This document shows, one piece after another, positions 23,760 through 37,368 of a stretch of DNA of 64,000 nucleotides. The DNA is from Vicugna vicugna (lineage: Eukaryota). Position 1 is the stretch's first letter; each line of letters begins with the position of its first letter. Position numbers and translations under genes: made by a program. The notes beneath the pieces are model-generated. The model saw only the letters and a list, made by a program, of their open reading frames with translations, made no database searches and had not been told where the DNA came from. The stretch spans positions 1,986,001 through 2,050,000 of the forward strand of contig MU058009.1 in the NCBI GenBank assembly GCA_013265495.1, read 5' to 3'.

Positions 23760-24830
23760 TTGTTAAGTATCTCCATCCTCTTTCAACCTCTTGACAGCAC
23801 TCTGAGCAGCTGACAGGTACCTCTGGTGCAGGTGCTCAGCTCTCTGCTTCCCTGCCGGAGCACCGTTTTCTCACTGCTCTCCTTTCCTGACAGCTCTGCC
23901 TGCTCCATCCTTTAAACGCTGCTTTTCTCCAGGATATTCAGCCCCCAACCCACTTCTCTCTCTCAACGGGCTCTCCCAAGGCCTTAAAATATACCTCTAG
24001 AGCTTCCACCCTTAGATGTTTGTTGATGACTTTCAGATCTGTATTTCTAGTGAAATTAAATCCCTCTGCTGAATTCCAGACCCACAATACCCCTCACCTC
24101 TCGGGCAAGTCCAGCTCGCTGTGTCCACAGACAACATGCTGTTTTTCTTCCCCAAACTGCTACTCCCCACAGGGATAATGGCACCACCATCTCCCTTACC
24201 ACTGAATCAAAACATGAAAGTTATCTTTTTTTTTCTCTCATCCTTCACAATCATTTGGTCACCTAGACCTCTGGATTCTGCTTCCTAGATGCCCCTCAAA
24301 TCTATTTCCCACTCCCACGGCCACTGCTCATTGTTTCTTGCCTGTACAGCTAATTTTCTGTCCAGCCGCCAGTCTTACCCTCTTCCGTGTACTCCCTACC
24401 CTCTGACAAGCACACGTGGCCCCTAACGAGCTGAATCTCTTTCTGTACCATCCTCCCCAGCCAAGCTCTTTACTGCTCACTGCTTCACAGACCAGCACAC
24501 TCTGCTGCCATTTCCTGAAATCCCTTTCTCAGTCCCTTGCTGATCAGGTGACTGGTACTCACGCTTCAAAACCTAAGTCACAGGTTCTACTCTCTGACCA
24601 TCGGCCCCTCTCCCCTGGTGAAATGACAATTCCTGCCAAAATTACCTCACATAAACCTCTATTTCAATAGCTATGATTCTGCATGAAATTAATCTCCTTA
24701 CACGTATGACTTCCCAAGTGAGACACGGAAGGCAGGGCAGTGTCTTTCTATCCGCAGAGGCTGCTATCAAAATACTGAGCGCATGCTTAGTGCATGATTG
24801 CAAATGGAATCAGTGATGAATGAAATGAAC
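23760..24830. mobile_element. Degraded L2 fragments
   Basis: Pyrimidine-rich L2-like motifs (GATGACTTTCAGATCTGTATTTCTAG; CTGAATTCCAGACCC; terminal GAATGAATG-like tail). Confidence 0.55.
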
Positions 24831-25411
24831 TGAACGCTGTATTTCTAACATTACCTAAGAAGTAAACACTACTGTCCTTCCTAGATTCAGAACTTGAATG
24901 ATTTTTAAAAGAGTAGCCCTTTCAACAACACAGTGATAGATTTCTCTGCGACACTCTCATCAATGAATCATCTAGTAAAAAGATACCTCCTTTGGTTGTA
25001 AGAGTTACAAACTTTTCAAGCATGTTGAAACATAATTTTGTCATTTTTTAAATCTGTAAAAATACAGATTAATAAATGTAAAACACCACAGCAGTTATTT
25101 TTTATTACCAACCATATGCAAACTAGATTAGGATACGTTGTGACTTTTTAAGCACATTTACACTACATGTAACCTGTATAGTTTCCATGAGAAATTGGGT
25201 ACTTCTACACATTTATACATAATATATACTTGGGGATAAAGAATTAGTAAAAGGAGACAATTTAAATGTAGCAACACAATTGGGACATATCCTGTGAGGC
25301 CTGTCACAACAGCGTGCTGAGTCTGTGCCCGGAGTGAGAGAGCCCGGCCACAGGACAGGAGCGCGCCCCCCGGCGGCCCGCCCCGCCGCAGCACCGCGGG
25401 GAGGAGCTGAC

Positions 25412-25557
25412 CTTTCAGAGCCGCGGCCTTCATCTCGGAAGGCTCGCTCTCGTTGCGCTGCAGCTTCCTTTTAGAAACAGATGACGATTTCCCCAAGTTG
25501 AAAAAGGAACGCCAGCTGCCCACGGGAGACTTTTTCATTTTATTTTGAGGCCTCCTC
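25412..25557 (-). CDS. ARHGAP32: ARHGAP32 exon (RRPQNKMKKSPVGSWRSFFNLGKSSSVSKRKLQRNESEPSEMKAAALK)
   Basis: tctcatag|G and GAAAG|gtcagc. 146 nt. WRSFFNLG motif. Confidence 0.95.
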
Positions 25558-26544
25558 CTATGAGAGAGAAAATAACCTGTATTAAGGTATCCAAGGGGCT
25601 ACCTTTACTAATGGAAAATCAACAAGTGATAGAACTCAAGAGCCTGGGGGGCACAGCTGAAGCGCAAACAGCCACCTTCCACAGGGCACGCGCTACCCCG
25701 TGTGGCTGAGCTGCACAGCGAAAGAAACGAGAATGAAATGTGTGACAGTTTCGCAAAGGTGATTCTTACACAGATTTTCATATTTAGATCTAACCTCACA
25801 GTCCGTGAAATAAGTGAGAATAAGAATATTTGGGGATAGGAAATATTAAAACCCCGAAAGTAGAACTGAATTGAAGAAAATGATTTTAGGTGTGAGTAAT
25901 GAGAATTAAGTCAAAAAAGAAAAGTATTAAAAATAGTAACTAACACACTGACAGCCTGGGATTCACACTAACTGCACAGACAGCATCTCACTGAAGTTAC
26001 GTAAAACCACGGGAGGTAGGTACTGCTCCTCTCCTTGCACAGCTGAGGAAACCATGACCCGGAGACGCGTAAGTGACGTCCTTAACGCTGTGAAACCAGT
26101 GGATGCTGGCGTCGGGGCTGGAACCCAGTCTGCCTGCAGCCCAGCACTGACACTCCTGACTACTTCTCTATAAAGAGGTTTTTGAGAAAATTACAGAGCT
26201 GAACTATAAATTCAGGAAGCTGAAGACAACCCCAGGATGACAAAGGAAAAGTATGTGCTGACTTTCTACTGCCGGGCCATGCTAATCAAGGGAGGGGAAA
26301 GGAAGTTGGAAAGGCATACGGAAACACGGAAATACATTCTCAGCTTTTACTGGTACTGTCCAGTTCAGGAAGGTGAAGGCCCGACATTCTTGTGTAACAG
26401 CCAAAGCAGCAGCCGAGACCAAAATGAACATATACATTAGCCTTCCCTCGATAATTTAGTAAAGAAGATACAGAAACTCTGTTATTACCATTTCTTAAGA
26501 GAAAAACCGAGCATCAGAGCTGGACAGGACACTGAGGGAGGGAG

Positions 26545-26715
26545 CAGCAGTGCTTCTCACACACTGGCACACCTCAGAACCACCTGCAAGGCGTGACGAA
26601 GCACTGACTGCTGGGCCCCACGTCAGAGTTTCTGACCCTGGGGTCTGGGCTGGGGCCCAAGAGTGAGCTGTTGGTCGGAGAAGCACTGGTCTGCTCCAAA
26701 CTTAACGAGAACCAA
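26545..26715. mobile_element. MER5A-like MITE
   Basis: CAGTGCTTCTCAC...TCAGAACCACCTG...CTGCTGGGCCCCAC.TCAGAGTTTCTGA..GGTCTGGG.TGGGGCCCAAGA. Confidence 0.65.
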
Positions 26716-27083
26716 CAGCAACCAAGCCGCTATCCTTGCATCACTTTCTGAATAAGCTGTCACAACAGTTTATTTCTAGACACATTTCTCAATAACATAT
26801 TTCAGAGAGAAAATCACACCCCACCCAGTGGAAGCATATCATTTTTTCCTAACAGTTTTCCCTGTACAGCTGACCTCCCTCTTCTTTACAACGACATGAC
26901 GCAACGCGTTTTGAGAGTCATTCATATCACTCCCTATGAAGTCACATCCACAGTCGAATGAACAGGTTTTTCAGGGACTGGCCCAGAATCAATACAGTAA
27001 TACTAAAATACAGCAGCAAAAGTAAAAGAGATAGCATGTAGCCGTGAGACGCAGATTATGAAGGAGGACTGTGTGCAACTTAC

Positions 27084-27279
27084 CTTTCAAGCGGGAACTC
27101 GATTACGGTGTGGAACCTCCCCTGAAGGGCGGCGGGCCCCTCTCCCACTTCGATGTATTTATTTTCACTCACAGCTGGGGAGGTGACCTGAGCTTGTGTT
27201 CGTGCCTGGGCTTCCTCCAGCGTCAGCAGCTTGGTGGATGGAGACGGAACCAGCAGGGACTTGGGTCTTGAAAGAGAAG
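27084..27279 (-). CDS. ARHGAP32: ARHGAP32 exon (ASLSRPKSLLVPSPSTKLLTLEEAQARTQ...EFPLER)
   Basis: tttccag|CT and GAAAG|gtaagt. 196 nt. LLTLEEAQAR motif typical of the ARHGAP30-33 family. Confidence 0.96.
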
Positions 27280-27935
27280 CTGGAAAGAAAAACAAAGCCA
27301 TGTAAAGAGTCAAACTTTGACAAAGGGAGAAAAACATAAATATGTGTGAGCATGTGTGTACAACAATCTGCTTATCTGTCCCTCCGTATAGCTACCTGTC
27401 TGTTGTTTTAAATCTTCCTCATTATGGTTTTTAAATGGCAAAAATAATAGAGCCTTACACTAAGTGAGGAACAGAAGGTGACATGCAGGGTTATTAGCAG
27501 TGACGTGCATGTGTGTGTATATATATATAAATACACATACACACGTAGATGTATATAAAAACTTCCTTAAGTAATTTAACTATTTTCCTTTCTTGAAAGA
27601 TACCAGGCACGGCCTAGTCTCACGCATGCATTTTTAGTTTGGGAAGGAATTTTTCTACTGCTGCTCTGTATTGCACCTTTATACACATCAATGACAGATG
27701 ACATGATACGTTTTTTAATGTGCCCTGAGCTTAAATCACAATAGGTCTAATATTTAGTATTCACTAAGACCACACAAAATAACTGTCAAATTGTGCATTT
27801 TGGGAAACAGACATAAATGATCTACTTCCTATCAAAGTCAGATTTATTAAATTGAGACAAGAAACGCAGTTTTCCAGTCCTTCGGAAGTCGTACTACGCG
27901 TCTCCGGCAGTGAAGAGCGTGTGCTCGAGCCACAC

Positions 27936-28081
27936 CTGCCCCTTCCTGCATGGCTGCACTGATTCTCCCGCTGAAGAGGACGTCGACGTGATTGAGGATG
28001 AACTCAACAACCACAGACTGAATTCTCACTTCCATGAAAGCCGCTGTTCCACTGAAGCAGGCAGATTCTATCTGTTTTGAT
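27936..28081 (-). CDS. ARHGAP32: ARHGAP32 exon, end of RhoGAP domain (SKQIESACFSGTAAFMEVRIQSVVVEFILNHVDVLFSGRISAAMQEGA)
   Basis: ccccacag|A and GGCAG|gtgtgg. 146 nt, frame consistent. Confidence 0.96.
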
Positions 28082-28356
28082 CTGTGGGGTAAACAGCATT
28101 ACCATCAGAAAGTCCCCCAATAGCCAAATTAAAGAGGATTATTTTTTTGTTTATGTGCAAATCACAGACACCCACAGGAGGAAATCACACTTCCACAGCG
28201 CTGTGGCTGAACCCCGACTGCCTGCTTAAGGGAGATGCTCATAAAAATAACAGGTTAGTTTCACTTTTAAAAATTATCCTTAACAAACACTGACGAACTA
28301 GACCTTTATTTAAGATGACTGGTTCTACTTCAAGTCATAAGTCAAATGTAACTTAC

Positions 28357-28464
28357 CTTAGCAGGTTTGGAGCCCAAACAATTGCTAGGTTTTTTGCATG
28401 CATATTTGTGATGGAACAATAGTCAGCTAGAAGAGACAAGTGTCTCATTAGGAACTCCAGTGTT
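28357..28464 (-). CDS. ARHGAP32: ARHGAP32 RhoGAP exon (TLEFLMRHLSLLADYCSITNMHAKNLAIVWAPNLLR)
   Basis: tttccag|A and CTAAG|gtaagt. 108 nt. NLAIVWAPNL RhoGAP motif. Confidence 0.97.
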
Positions 28465-28899
28465 CTGGAAAATGAAATGCAACATATTAACAAAAAGAAA
28501 CATCAGGTAGCAGGACAGAGCGTAAAAGCCCCACTACTGATTTTTAAGTTTCCAACAGCAAAATGGAAAAAGAAGCCATATAAACCCCAGCAAATTCTTT
28601 TTGCTGCCTATTAGGTTTGAATGTTACTATCACTACAGAACTGCCAAAATATTATTAATTCTACAGTTTATGTACAGTAATTCCATCTACAGAATACTCA
28701 GGGAAAAAAAGCCTGTTATTAATTCTGAACTTTACATAAGCAATTCCATCTATAGAACAGGAAGGGAAGAAAGTCCAAGGCAGATGCAGTAAGAAATGGA
28801 AGTTTCTGGCAGGACTGGCTCAGAAAAAAACAGCCTTAGTTTTGCAGAAAGCTCTAGGAACATTTGCTCCTGGATGTTAGACAACCAATTTCAAGGACA

Positions 28900-28925
28900 C
28901 CTAACCCTAACCCTAACCCAAACCC
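28900..28925. repeat. Short interstitial telomere-like (CCCTAA)n tract
   Basis: CCTAACCCTAACCCTAACCCAAACCC. Confidence 0.6.
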
Positions 28926-29229
28926 GCCCAGCACCTTCTGCAATTTCTGTGTCTCAGCAAACAGATGTGCACACAGGTTCAGTCAACTCCCCATTTGTTC
29001 ATCCATGCATACATTCATTCAATATTTATTTAGTGCTTGATGAATGTCAAGCACTGTGCCAGACCCCAGGGATACAGAGGCAAATAACTATAAATGTATA
29101 GAAAAAACAGAAGTTTAAATGGTTGGAACTCCAAGGAAATTTAAACAGTCAGAAACCCCAAGGGGAAAAAAACCCACCTCCACACAACTGACTTCCGCGT
29201 TAGGCTGGTATTCACAACATGCGGCCTAC

Positions 29230-29312
29230 CTGTAGTGTGGAGGGGGGAGCTGCTGGATGACATCGTGGATTTTTATCAGCCTTTCTTCATCTGTTGCTGC
29301 TGAAACAGCATC
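29230..29312 (-). CDS. ARHGAP32: ARHGAP32 RhoGAP exon (DAVSAATDEERLIKIHDVIQQLPPPHYR)
   Basis: ttccag|GAT and TACAG|gtagg. 83 nt, frame consistent with flanking exons. Confidence 0.96.
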
Positions 29313-29746
29313 CTGGAACGACCATAACGCGGAATGACTAGCAGGCTTTGTTGGTAAAAATGCAAGTTCTTCACTTACAATTCAGTTTCACTTTGAGATT
29401 AACTGACTTTACTCTTTGATGCCGAATGGATAGGGAAACATAATGTAGTATCAAGAAGTAAACAGAGCGTGGACATCGAAATCTATCAAAAATAGTATTT
29501 TTGAAACTTTATGATAACCAGCATCAAGGGTTATAAGACTGTGGCTCAAAGTCAGAAATGAAAGAATGAAGATGTGAAAACAGTGGAGACTATGTCTAGC
29601 TAGCAAGCGCTGTTTTGTTCTGTTTCACAGGAATGTTTTTACTCAGAGAACTGTTTCTTATATGACCAAACTCATCTTTACACGTATTGAACAAAACCAC
29701 AGCAAAACTCCAAGCAGAATTTGACTTAAAAGTGACTGGTACTCAC

Positions 29747-29891
29747 AGAAAACTTCTCATACAGCTGGTAGGTGAGCAGAGGGTTTGGGAGCTCCCGGAA
29801 ATAGAGCTTACACAGGGAGCCCACGGAATGGATGTCCTGAACGTAGGGTTCTTTTGTCAGGTCGGGAACATGTTCAGAGTCAAATTCATGG
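29747..29891 (-). CDS. ARHGAP32: ARHGAP32 RhoGAP exon (HEFDSEHVPDLTKEPYVQDIHSVGSLCKLYFRELPNPLLTYQLYEKFS)
   Basis: ttgttag|C and TCT|gtgagt. 145 nt. KLYFRELPNPLLT RhoGAP signature. Confidence 0.97.
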
Positions 29892-31373
29892 CTAACAAAG
29901 ACAGAAGACAGACAACAAAAAAAATTTTTTTAAAGAAAAGCAAATATGAGTTTAAAACAGGAAGGAAAGGCCCAAAGTATTAGCCTCTACCTCAGTGAGT
30001 CAATGTTTTCTTCGAATGCCTGTATTTCATGTAAGTTATATTTGGACTTCACCATCCACAGTGTCTGATCGTGAGACAAGTGTTTTTCTAAGTGGAAATT
30101 AAGGGCAGAGCTTTAAATTAAAACAGACAGAAATTTCCAAAATGTACGTGAAAGTACAGCTTTTACCACACAGATCTGAAAACAGGACTTTTAATTCCTA
30201 ATAGTTTAAATACCCAATATTCTGGCAGTTCTGAAAACTTGAGTTGAATTGCAATTTGTCCATGAACAACTATGTGCAGAAATTCCTCAGATACATGACG
30301 TATAGTTCAGGAATGCTTTACTGAAGGAGGATAAGGAAGCCAGAAACAATACAAAGCAAATCTCAGCCAACGCCACATTTTATTAGGAAGTAAAATCTGC
30401 AGCACTAAAGTGAGTGAAATAAACGCTGTGGTCAGAACACTCAGGCACAGTAAGCTTACCCTCCAGGTTGATTAATATTAATCTACAGACATGAGGCTGC
30501 TTATCAACCTAGAGGACTCAGGTATGTGGACAATCTGAATATGAGATTTGCTGCATCTGAAACCAAAGACTGAAACTGTCTTTAGTATAAGAATCAATTT
30601 AAGTATTTTCCAAACATGTATTCCTGAAAACAGAGACGAACTCAGTGGCCAATTAGAATATTAAAATCCTTATAGAACAATGGCAATTACCTTGCATCTC
30701 TGTGAAAAATAAAGGATAATCACACACTAAGACTAGACTAGAATCTAAGCGATTAAGCAAAAATAAAACTTCTACTGCTGGTGTAAAGGAGGTCATTACT
30801 TCTGTCTCTAAGACTTTCATGGGAGAGGGTGTAGAGCACATAACTTGTGCACACTTGAACACACACTACATAACCCGGGTGAAAGGAGACTGGAAAACGT
30901 TTCACCCTCATCAGTGTTCACTAGTAGTAATTAATTAGCAATAATTAATTAATAATTATAACGTGCATTTCCGTCTCTGATGGGTGTCACAGATTCACCC
31001 CCTCGGGGCAGAAGCCAACACTGCCTTCCCTGCGGGGTGTGGGAGGCTGGCCTGTGCTCCCTTAGCTCTGTCTAGATGTAGGCAGGAGCCCAGACCAAAC
31101 CAGGTCCACAAGCCCAATTTTTTAAAATCTTCAACTATTGTAAAGAGAAAATACAAGTATTGAAGCGATTAGGGGACACGGTTTTCTGATACTACAAGTG
31201 AAGAAATGGCATGTAGGAAAATACATCAAACAATATGGATATTACTTCCTACTTCAACTAAACTATCTTACTGAAAATGATGGTTATCAATATAAGCGGC
31301 TTAATTTGAAAAATAGGTTCCTTTTAATGAACCACAGTAGGGACATAAGAGAAAATGCTACGTTGGACTTTAC

Positions 31374-31476
31374 CGCAGTCTCTGGATATTGGAGGCAACG
31401 CCAGAGAGACGATATATCCCGTCCACGATGCCATACCTCTCGATGAACGCTGTGCAACTCTGAAGAACCTGGGGCA
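31374..31476 (-). CDS. ARHGAP32: ARHGAP32 RhoGAP exon with catalytic arginine finger (VPQVLQSCTAFIERYGIVDGIYRLSGVASNIQRLR)
   Basis: ctctttag|TG and CTGCG|gtaaag. 103 nt. GIYRLSG motif, Arg codon at 31409-31411. Confidence 0.97.
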
Positions 31477-32274
31477 CTAAAGAGAATTTTTGAAGACATG
31501 GATTAAATTGAGAGTATTCAGTAGAAACAAAGTCACAAAAAAATGCAAATGTCTTAGCAAAATAAAGTTTGTAAGTTAAAGTTATAAGGGGTAAAGATTA
31601 ATCTACTTTAAAAAAATGATGAGGGCATATTAACTTAATTCCACACCTAAACTAGATAACTGGTCCCTGGGTAATGCGAACCGGCCCCATCCCGTTACAC
31701 TCAGGTCACTGAAAGAGCTCGTATGTTACTGGACAGTCTCTGCTCTAAGAGCTTCCGCCGTAGACTCATTTAGACCGTGTTACAATACTAAGGTGAACCG
31801 CTTACGTCTAAAACCACACCAGATCTGTAAAACTACAGCTATTCAGCTGAACTTCATACACAGCAAACGGATATACAAAGTTAAATAATTATCCCAGCAC
31901 GACCACTGACTACCCTAAGTGCTGCGCTTTTTCACTTTTTAAAAGTCTCTTTTATCTTTTCACAGCTAATGCTAATTCCAATCATACCCAATAAATAAAG
32001 CATCAACATGATGCAAAGGTCAAAGCAATTTCAAGTAAACGGCATCTTTTAATTTCCCGCCTATCTCTACATTAAAATTACTGACGTCTGACTCAACATT
32101 ATCAGCTCGTCTTGAAGGGCACTCTACCTACCAGCAGGAAGAAAAGAAGGGCGCTGTGGTTACCTCTGAGCAAGTGACACAAACAGGCAGCTATGCTGGG
32201 TCTACTGTCCAGAACAGAACGTTGGAAGTTTATGATAGAACATTTTTATAACCATTCAAAAATTTACAATAACA

Positions 32275-32362
32275 GGGGGAGGGTGGACTCAGCGGTAGAG
32301 TGTATGCTTAGCATGCATGAGGTCCTGGGTTCAAACCCCAGTACCTCCATTAAAAAAAAAAA
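32275..32362 (+). mobile_element. tRNA-derived SINE, Vic-1-like, with TSD
   Basis: GGGGAGGGTGGACTCAGCGGTAGAG...GGTTCAAACCCCAGTACCTCCATT-An, flanked by AAAAATTTACAAT(A/G)AC. Confidence 0.85.
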
Positions 32363-34761
32363 TTTACAATGACTGAAATTTGAACTTCATTTGTTTTGCA
32401 ATGCAGATTGATAAATTTGTAGGCTTTTAGTAACTATGTTCATTCCACAGTTTTAAGTTAAAATCCATGAAAGAATGGCTTAGACAAACATTTGGTCTGC
32501 AAAAAACTACTGTATTAGGAGTCACACATTCAGAGCGGCAAATGAAACAAGATATTTTAATAAGACAGTTTGAGCTCATGTATTTCACCTATGGTATATG
32601 TTACCCCTTTCTTATTACAAAAGACTTTTCCTTGGTTTTCCCGCCTTTGCTGTACTTCCTGCATTCTGTCCTTTAAATTCTGTCAGATCCCGTGAAACTG
32701 TAAAACTCTCAGATCCATTTAAAACTCAAACTCCTTAGCTCTGAATGAATTTTTTTAAAAAAGCAGGTGTACTACTGAGCTTGTAATGGGTGTCAGGCTA
32801 AACGCTTTATAATAAATTCTCTCATCTGATTCTCACAGAAATCCTATGGGAAAAGCTCTATCATTACCCCCATTTTACAGAGCAGAAACTGAGTCTTGGA
32901 TGAAGCTTTACCCAAGGACAAGCGGTAAATAAGTGACAGGAATAGGCTTTTAACTTCTGTATTTTCAGGCTCTCCTAGCTTCCACTACAGATTTTTCATG
33001 AAAATAAGCTACCATCTGTTAAAAAAAGTATAGATAATTTTCTCGGGATTCTTACAACCACGTGATGTTATATTCATACTTGCTTATTTTTTCCCAAACA
33101 AGTAGACAAACTCTGAAAATATGGGGAATCAGAGGTCTTTCCCTGATAATACGGCTAAGCCTCACAGACATCAAGCTTTCATGGAAAACACGTGAATTGT
33201 TTCTTCACGTTTTATGTTCCCTATGTAAAAGAACTGAATGTCCAAAAAATGATCACATAGCGGGACTTCATAAACAAAACTACACAACGGAGCATTGCTA
33301 TTACTTAGAATTTTAAAACAAATGACGTCTAATTAAAACAGGTAGCAAAATGAAGGAGAAGAGCACACATTTTCATTCTGAAAAAAAGAGAGGAACTGAA
33401 GAACAGGACAGGAAGATGAAAAGAGAAAAGATCTGAATTCTTTTTTCACTGACATAAGAAAGTAATGCAAGAACCCAATATATTACTAGAAGAAATCCTA
33501 GTTTTAAAGGACTATTAGCTAACTTCTCCCCAACCCATTTAACCAACCAGCCAAGTGCACATTAAATAATAACCCAGTTAAAACTTAACAATAGAAACCT
33601 CTAAAGTGGTTCTTCCAAAAGGTGATGTGACTTTAAGAATTATTCCCACACTCTCCAAATAATACACTTCTAATCCACTCTTACTTAGCACTTTTAGTTA
33701 TTTCTTATCATCATATGACAGTGTTAACAGCAAGTAAAGGACTAAATTAAACATCTGAATCATGCCTAAAAAGAATGAGATAGGTAAGCAAGACAAGAAT
33801 CGGTCCCTGCCTTTCCCTGACAGTTTTGGTTTCATTTCTGTTCTTTCCTCTTCATTTGTTCAGTCATTCATTCCCCTCCCTCCCCCGTCCGTCACGTGTT
33901 AGACCCCTTCTACATGCCGGTCATCATGCAAGCACTCTGTAAGACAGCTGAAAAGGCAAGTTCTGCTCTCAAGGTGAAGGCTTACAGGCCAGGGGCACAA
34001 CGGTACAGTGTTACACAGTAGGATGCGTATCATGATTTTTGGTTAGAAAAATACGATTACCTAAAGCATTGATTTTAGGTTATTTGGGCCTTGTTTTTTC
34101 CCAGTGTGCTCTGATGATAAAATCCCTGTATATTTACAATAGTTAAAAGAAAAGCCTCTCGCTGAAAGGGACAAATAACCTCAAACAGAAATATGTTCAG
34201 GAAAACAGAGTGTCCTCACCTTGAGTTTTAAAACATGTTTTTTTAATATTTTATACCAAATGTAATTTTACCTAGTTTTCTACAAAGTCCTCATTTTTTA
34301 CAAAAGCGATCTCATTTTAAGAATGTTTGGTTTCAAACATGTGTAGCAAATTTTTAAAGTCCTATTAAAAAGTCAGACACCTGGAAACCCTTTGTTCCGC
34401 GAGAACACATTCTATCACAGGGAATGTGTGAACACTACAATTACTAAACCTGGTATTTTTCAGAAAGAAATTATATATTGGCACCTGTCCTCTCTATCAT
34501 ACTTACTAAGGATGGAAATACATCCAAAACTTCTAAGCACAGCTAAACCTTGCTGAATTGATGTTGAAAGCTAACAACCAACTGGAAAACACTCCCTCAT
34601 AATAATGATCATGTTCAAGGAAGGTTTAACAAAAAAGACACAAAAAGAAAAAAGAAACTAGGATAACAAAAAACATTTTGACTCTATAATTAAGGCTGCC
34701 CATACGAATGACAAATGAGTCTGATCGATCCACAAAAAATGTGTTATCTACTCTTTCCATA

Positions 34762-35205
34762 CAGGAAGAGCTCAGAAACACTGCAGGTTCAGTTCCAGAC
34801 CACCCCAGCAGAGCGGACACCACCACAGAGCACGTCACACCAGTTTCCGGCTTCCCAGTGTATACAAAAGTCACGTTCACACTGTACTGTCGTCTGCTGG
34901 GTGTGTAATAGCGTTATGTGTAAAAAACAATGTACATACATTCAATTAAAACACATTTCATTGCCAAAAAAAGCTAATCATCATCTGAGTCTTCAGCAAG
35001 CTGTAATCTTTTTGCTGGGGGTGAGTCTGAAACATCGTGAGAATTACCAAAATGTGACACAGAGACATGAAGTGAGCAAACATTGCTGGAAAAACAGCGC
35101 CGACAGACTTACTCCACACCTGGCTGCCACACAACCTTCAATGCACAAAAAACGCGGTCCCTGCGGAGCCCAATAAAGTGAAGCACAGTAAAATGAACAC
35201 GCCCG
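34762..35205 (-). mobile_element. Internally deleted Tigger1-type DNA transposon (Tigger1a-like)
   Basis: Both Tigger1 termini are present (TGCAGGTTCAGTTCCAGACCAC...; GAATTACCAAAATGTGACACAGAGAC...CAATAAAGTGAAGCACAGTAAA) with only about 440 bp overall; preceded by TA. Confidence 0.8.
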
Positions 35206-37218
35206 CGTGGCACCTCTGAAATGTCAAATCTGAAATTTAAAACTATGTTCAAGTTTACAAGTTTAATAGCTTCATAAATTATTCAGCAATTTCCCTAAAA
35301 GCCGAGCATTCCGATTTCTGATCTCATACATAACGCCATAATGAGCATTTTTGTCTCCACTGGAATACAGCCTTAGGACAAGCCCTGAGGGGAGAACTGA
35401 AGGAAACACTGTAAAGACTCTTGCCCTGAAGTCCCAGGATGATTTTCAAAAAGGTAGTAATTCTCAGACTACCTGAAACCATCCATTTTCACTTGCTGGT
35501 AAAAAATCACTGTTGTTTTTTAATGTCACTGGATGTCATAATTTAGAAAAATAGCTTTGCTATATTAATAACTTCCACCTATATAAAACGGCATCTCAAA
35601 ATTGCTTAAAGATACATTTCCACAATTGCAAATAAGCACAGACATTTTTCTGTATTTTGTTTACTATCTACCTCCTTGTCAAAATTGTATGTTTGCAACT
35701 TTTCTCCATTCCTCTCCTCAGGGGCTTCATTTTCTCACAAATCTGAGTATTTTTATATACCATATTAGGAGCATTTCATCGTACCCAAGAAAAGATTGCT
35801 TTCCCAGTGTGTGTTAGGTAACTTTTCTTTACATTTGTTATTTTCATTATATGGAAATTGTATATTTGAGGCCATCACTTCCTTCTTAATGTATTTTTTT
35901 AATCTGAAAAAGCTATTATTCCTTTTTGATCTCAAAACAAAATCATTTCACATTAGTATTCCTATCAGTTTAAAATAGTTAACTCTTTCATACATTTGGA
36001 ATTTTCAGTGTCATAAAGCAGGAATTAAGTTTTTCAAAATTGTTATTTCATTACCTCTGTGTGTACTTATAATTAACCCCTCCTCATGACCTGGCTTTAA
36101 AACCATGCTTTATCAGATTGGATCTGTATCCAGAGTAATGACTACTTCTGAACATTCCAAGCTATTTCATTCATCAGCCACATCTCATTCTCTGCACTAA
36201 CACATATACAGTTTTACATATTATGTTAACATCAGTAAGGCTAGATGTCTCCCATCCCGTCACTGATTTCCCCCCAAAAGGCTCTCTGATAGTCTCCTTG
36301 GCTTATTTTCCACGTGCATTTTGACTGGTTGCAAAAATAATCCTCAGGGGTTTTGTTGGTCTATTTGTTTTTCGTTCTGTTCCTAATAGCATTAACCTGA
36401 TATCAGTTTGGGAATAACATCTGTTTAAAATAATATTGTGTCTTTTCCCTCAAGAAACGTGACCTAGTTTGCGTTAAATTCGTATTATAAGTATATTGGT
36501 ATTCCTTAGGCAGTGAGTAAGGCCTTAATTTGAACTTGACATCTATTGGCAGTCACACCAGCTCTCACTCTTTGTAAAAAGTGTAATGGGTGTTTCATAT
36601 CAGGATTCAGTTTCACAAATCACCTATTTGTAGTTTTTATCAACATTATAGGTAGACACCTCCTTCATATTCTAGCATCTCTAAAGGAGATGGTAGAGTG
36701 CTTTTAAAAAAAAACAAAGAAAAACCCCATTTTTCCTTTCTTCCTATCCATTCATCCAACCACTGGATTCTCGAGCAAGAATTTAATTTATAGAGAAAGG
36801 AATTTAAATTTTTAGCTACTAAAATTGGGAGACTGGTCTTGGTAATATATATACAGTCTCAAACTCTGACCTTTTTTCCAAGAGAGAAACAAATATTTTA
36901 GGATAAAATGTGAGAGGGAAAACTGGCGGAGGAAGCTACTGGACAGATGTAAAAATAATGCGAACCAGCAGAGCTACTGTGCCTCCGTGTGAATGCCTTC
37001 CTCTTCCTGAGCAGCCCACGAGCATCTCTGATACACAGACCCTTCCTGATTATCAGCTGTCCCCAGAACTCAGGTGCGTGCCTGAGAAAGTCCAACACAC
37101 GCTGCTGAACATAAACGTGACAGCCACTGCTCGCCTAAGCTCCTTCAAAACTGATTATAGAAAATCAATAAGGAGACGTCAGAAGCTGAAATTAAGGGAT
37201 TATAAATTTTATTTTTAC

Positions 37219-37368
37219 CTTCAAAACCAGAATTCAGAAGGTGTTCTCCCAGGTCACAACCAAACACCCTTTCTTTCAAGATCCCACGCTGCTTCAACTT
37301 CTGTTTTGTTGGACGAGACTTCATGAATGTGCGTAAGAAAGTAATGAGCTTGCCGTGCTTTTTAGATA
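37219..37368 (-). CDS. ARHGAP32: ARHGAP32 coding exon (VSKKHGKLITFLRTFMKSRPTKQKLKQRGILKERVFGCDLGEHLLNSGFE); contains the short-isoform start ATG at 37324
   Basis: tttag|TA and GAAG|gtaaaa. 150 nt, phase 1 to 1. VFGCDL motif marks the start of the RhoGAP domain. Confidence 0.97.

Noticed and set aside
25552..25560. Tandem acceptor TAG-GAG-GAG (NAGNAG)
   Set aside because: GAG acceptors are rarely used, and the proximal TAG gives the expected protein length.
28900..28925. Telomeric repeat as evidence of a chromosome fusion
   Set aside because: Only about four units, on one strand, inside an intact intron.
32275..32362. tRNA-like sequences here and at 18002 and 46923
   Set aside because: Poly(A) tails, TSDs and an imperfect cloverleaf identify them as SINEs, not tRNA genes.
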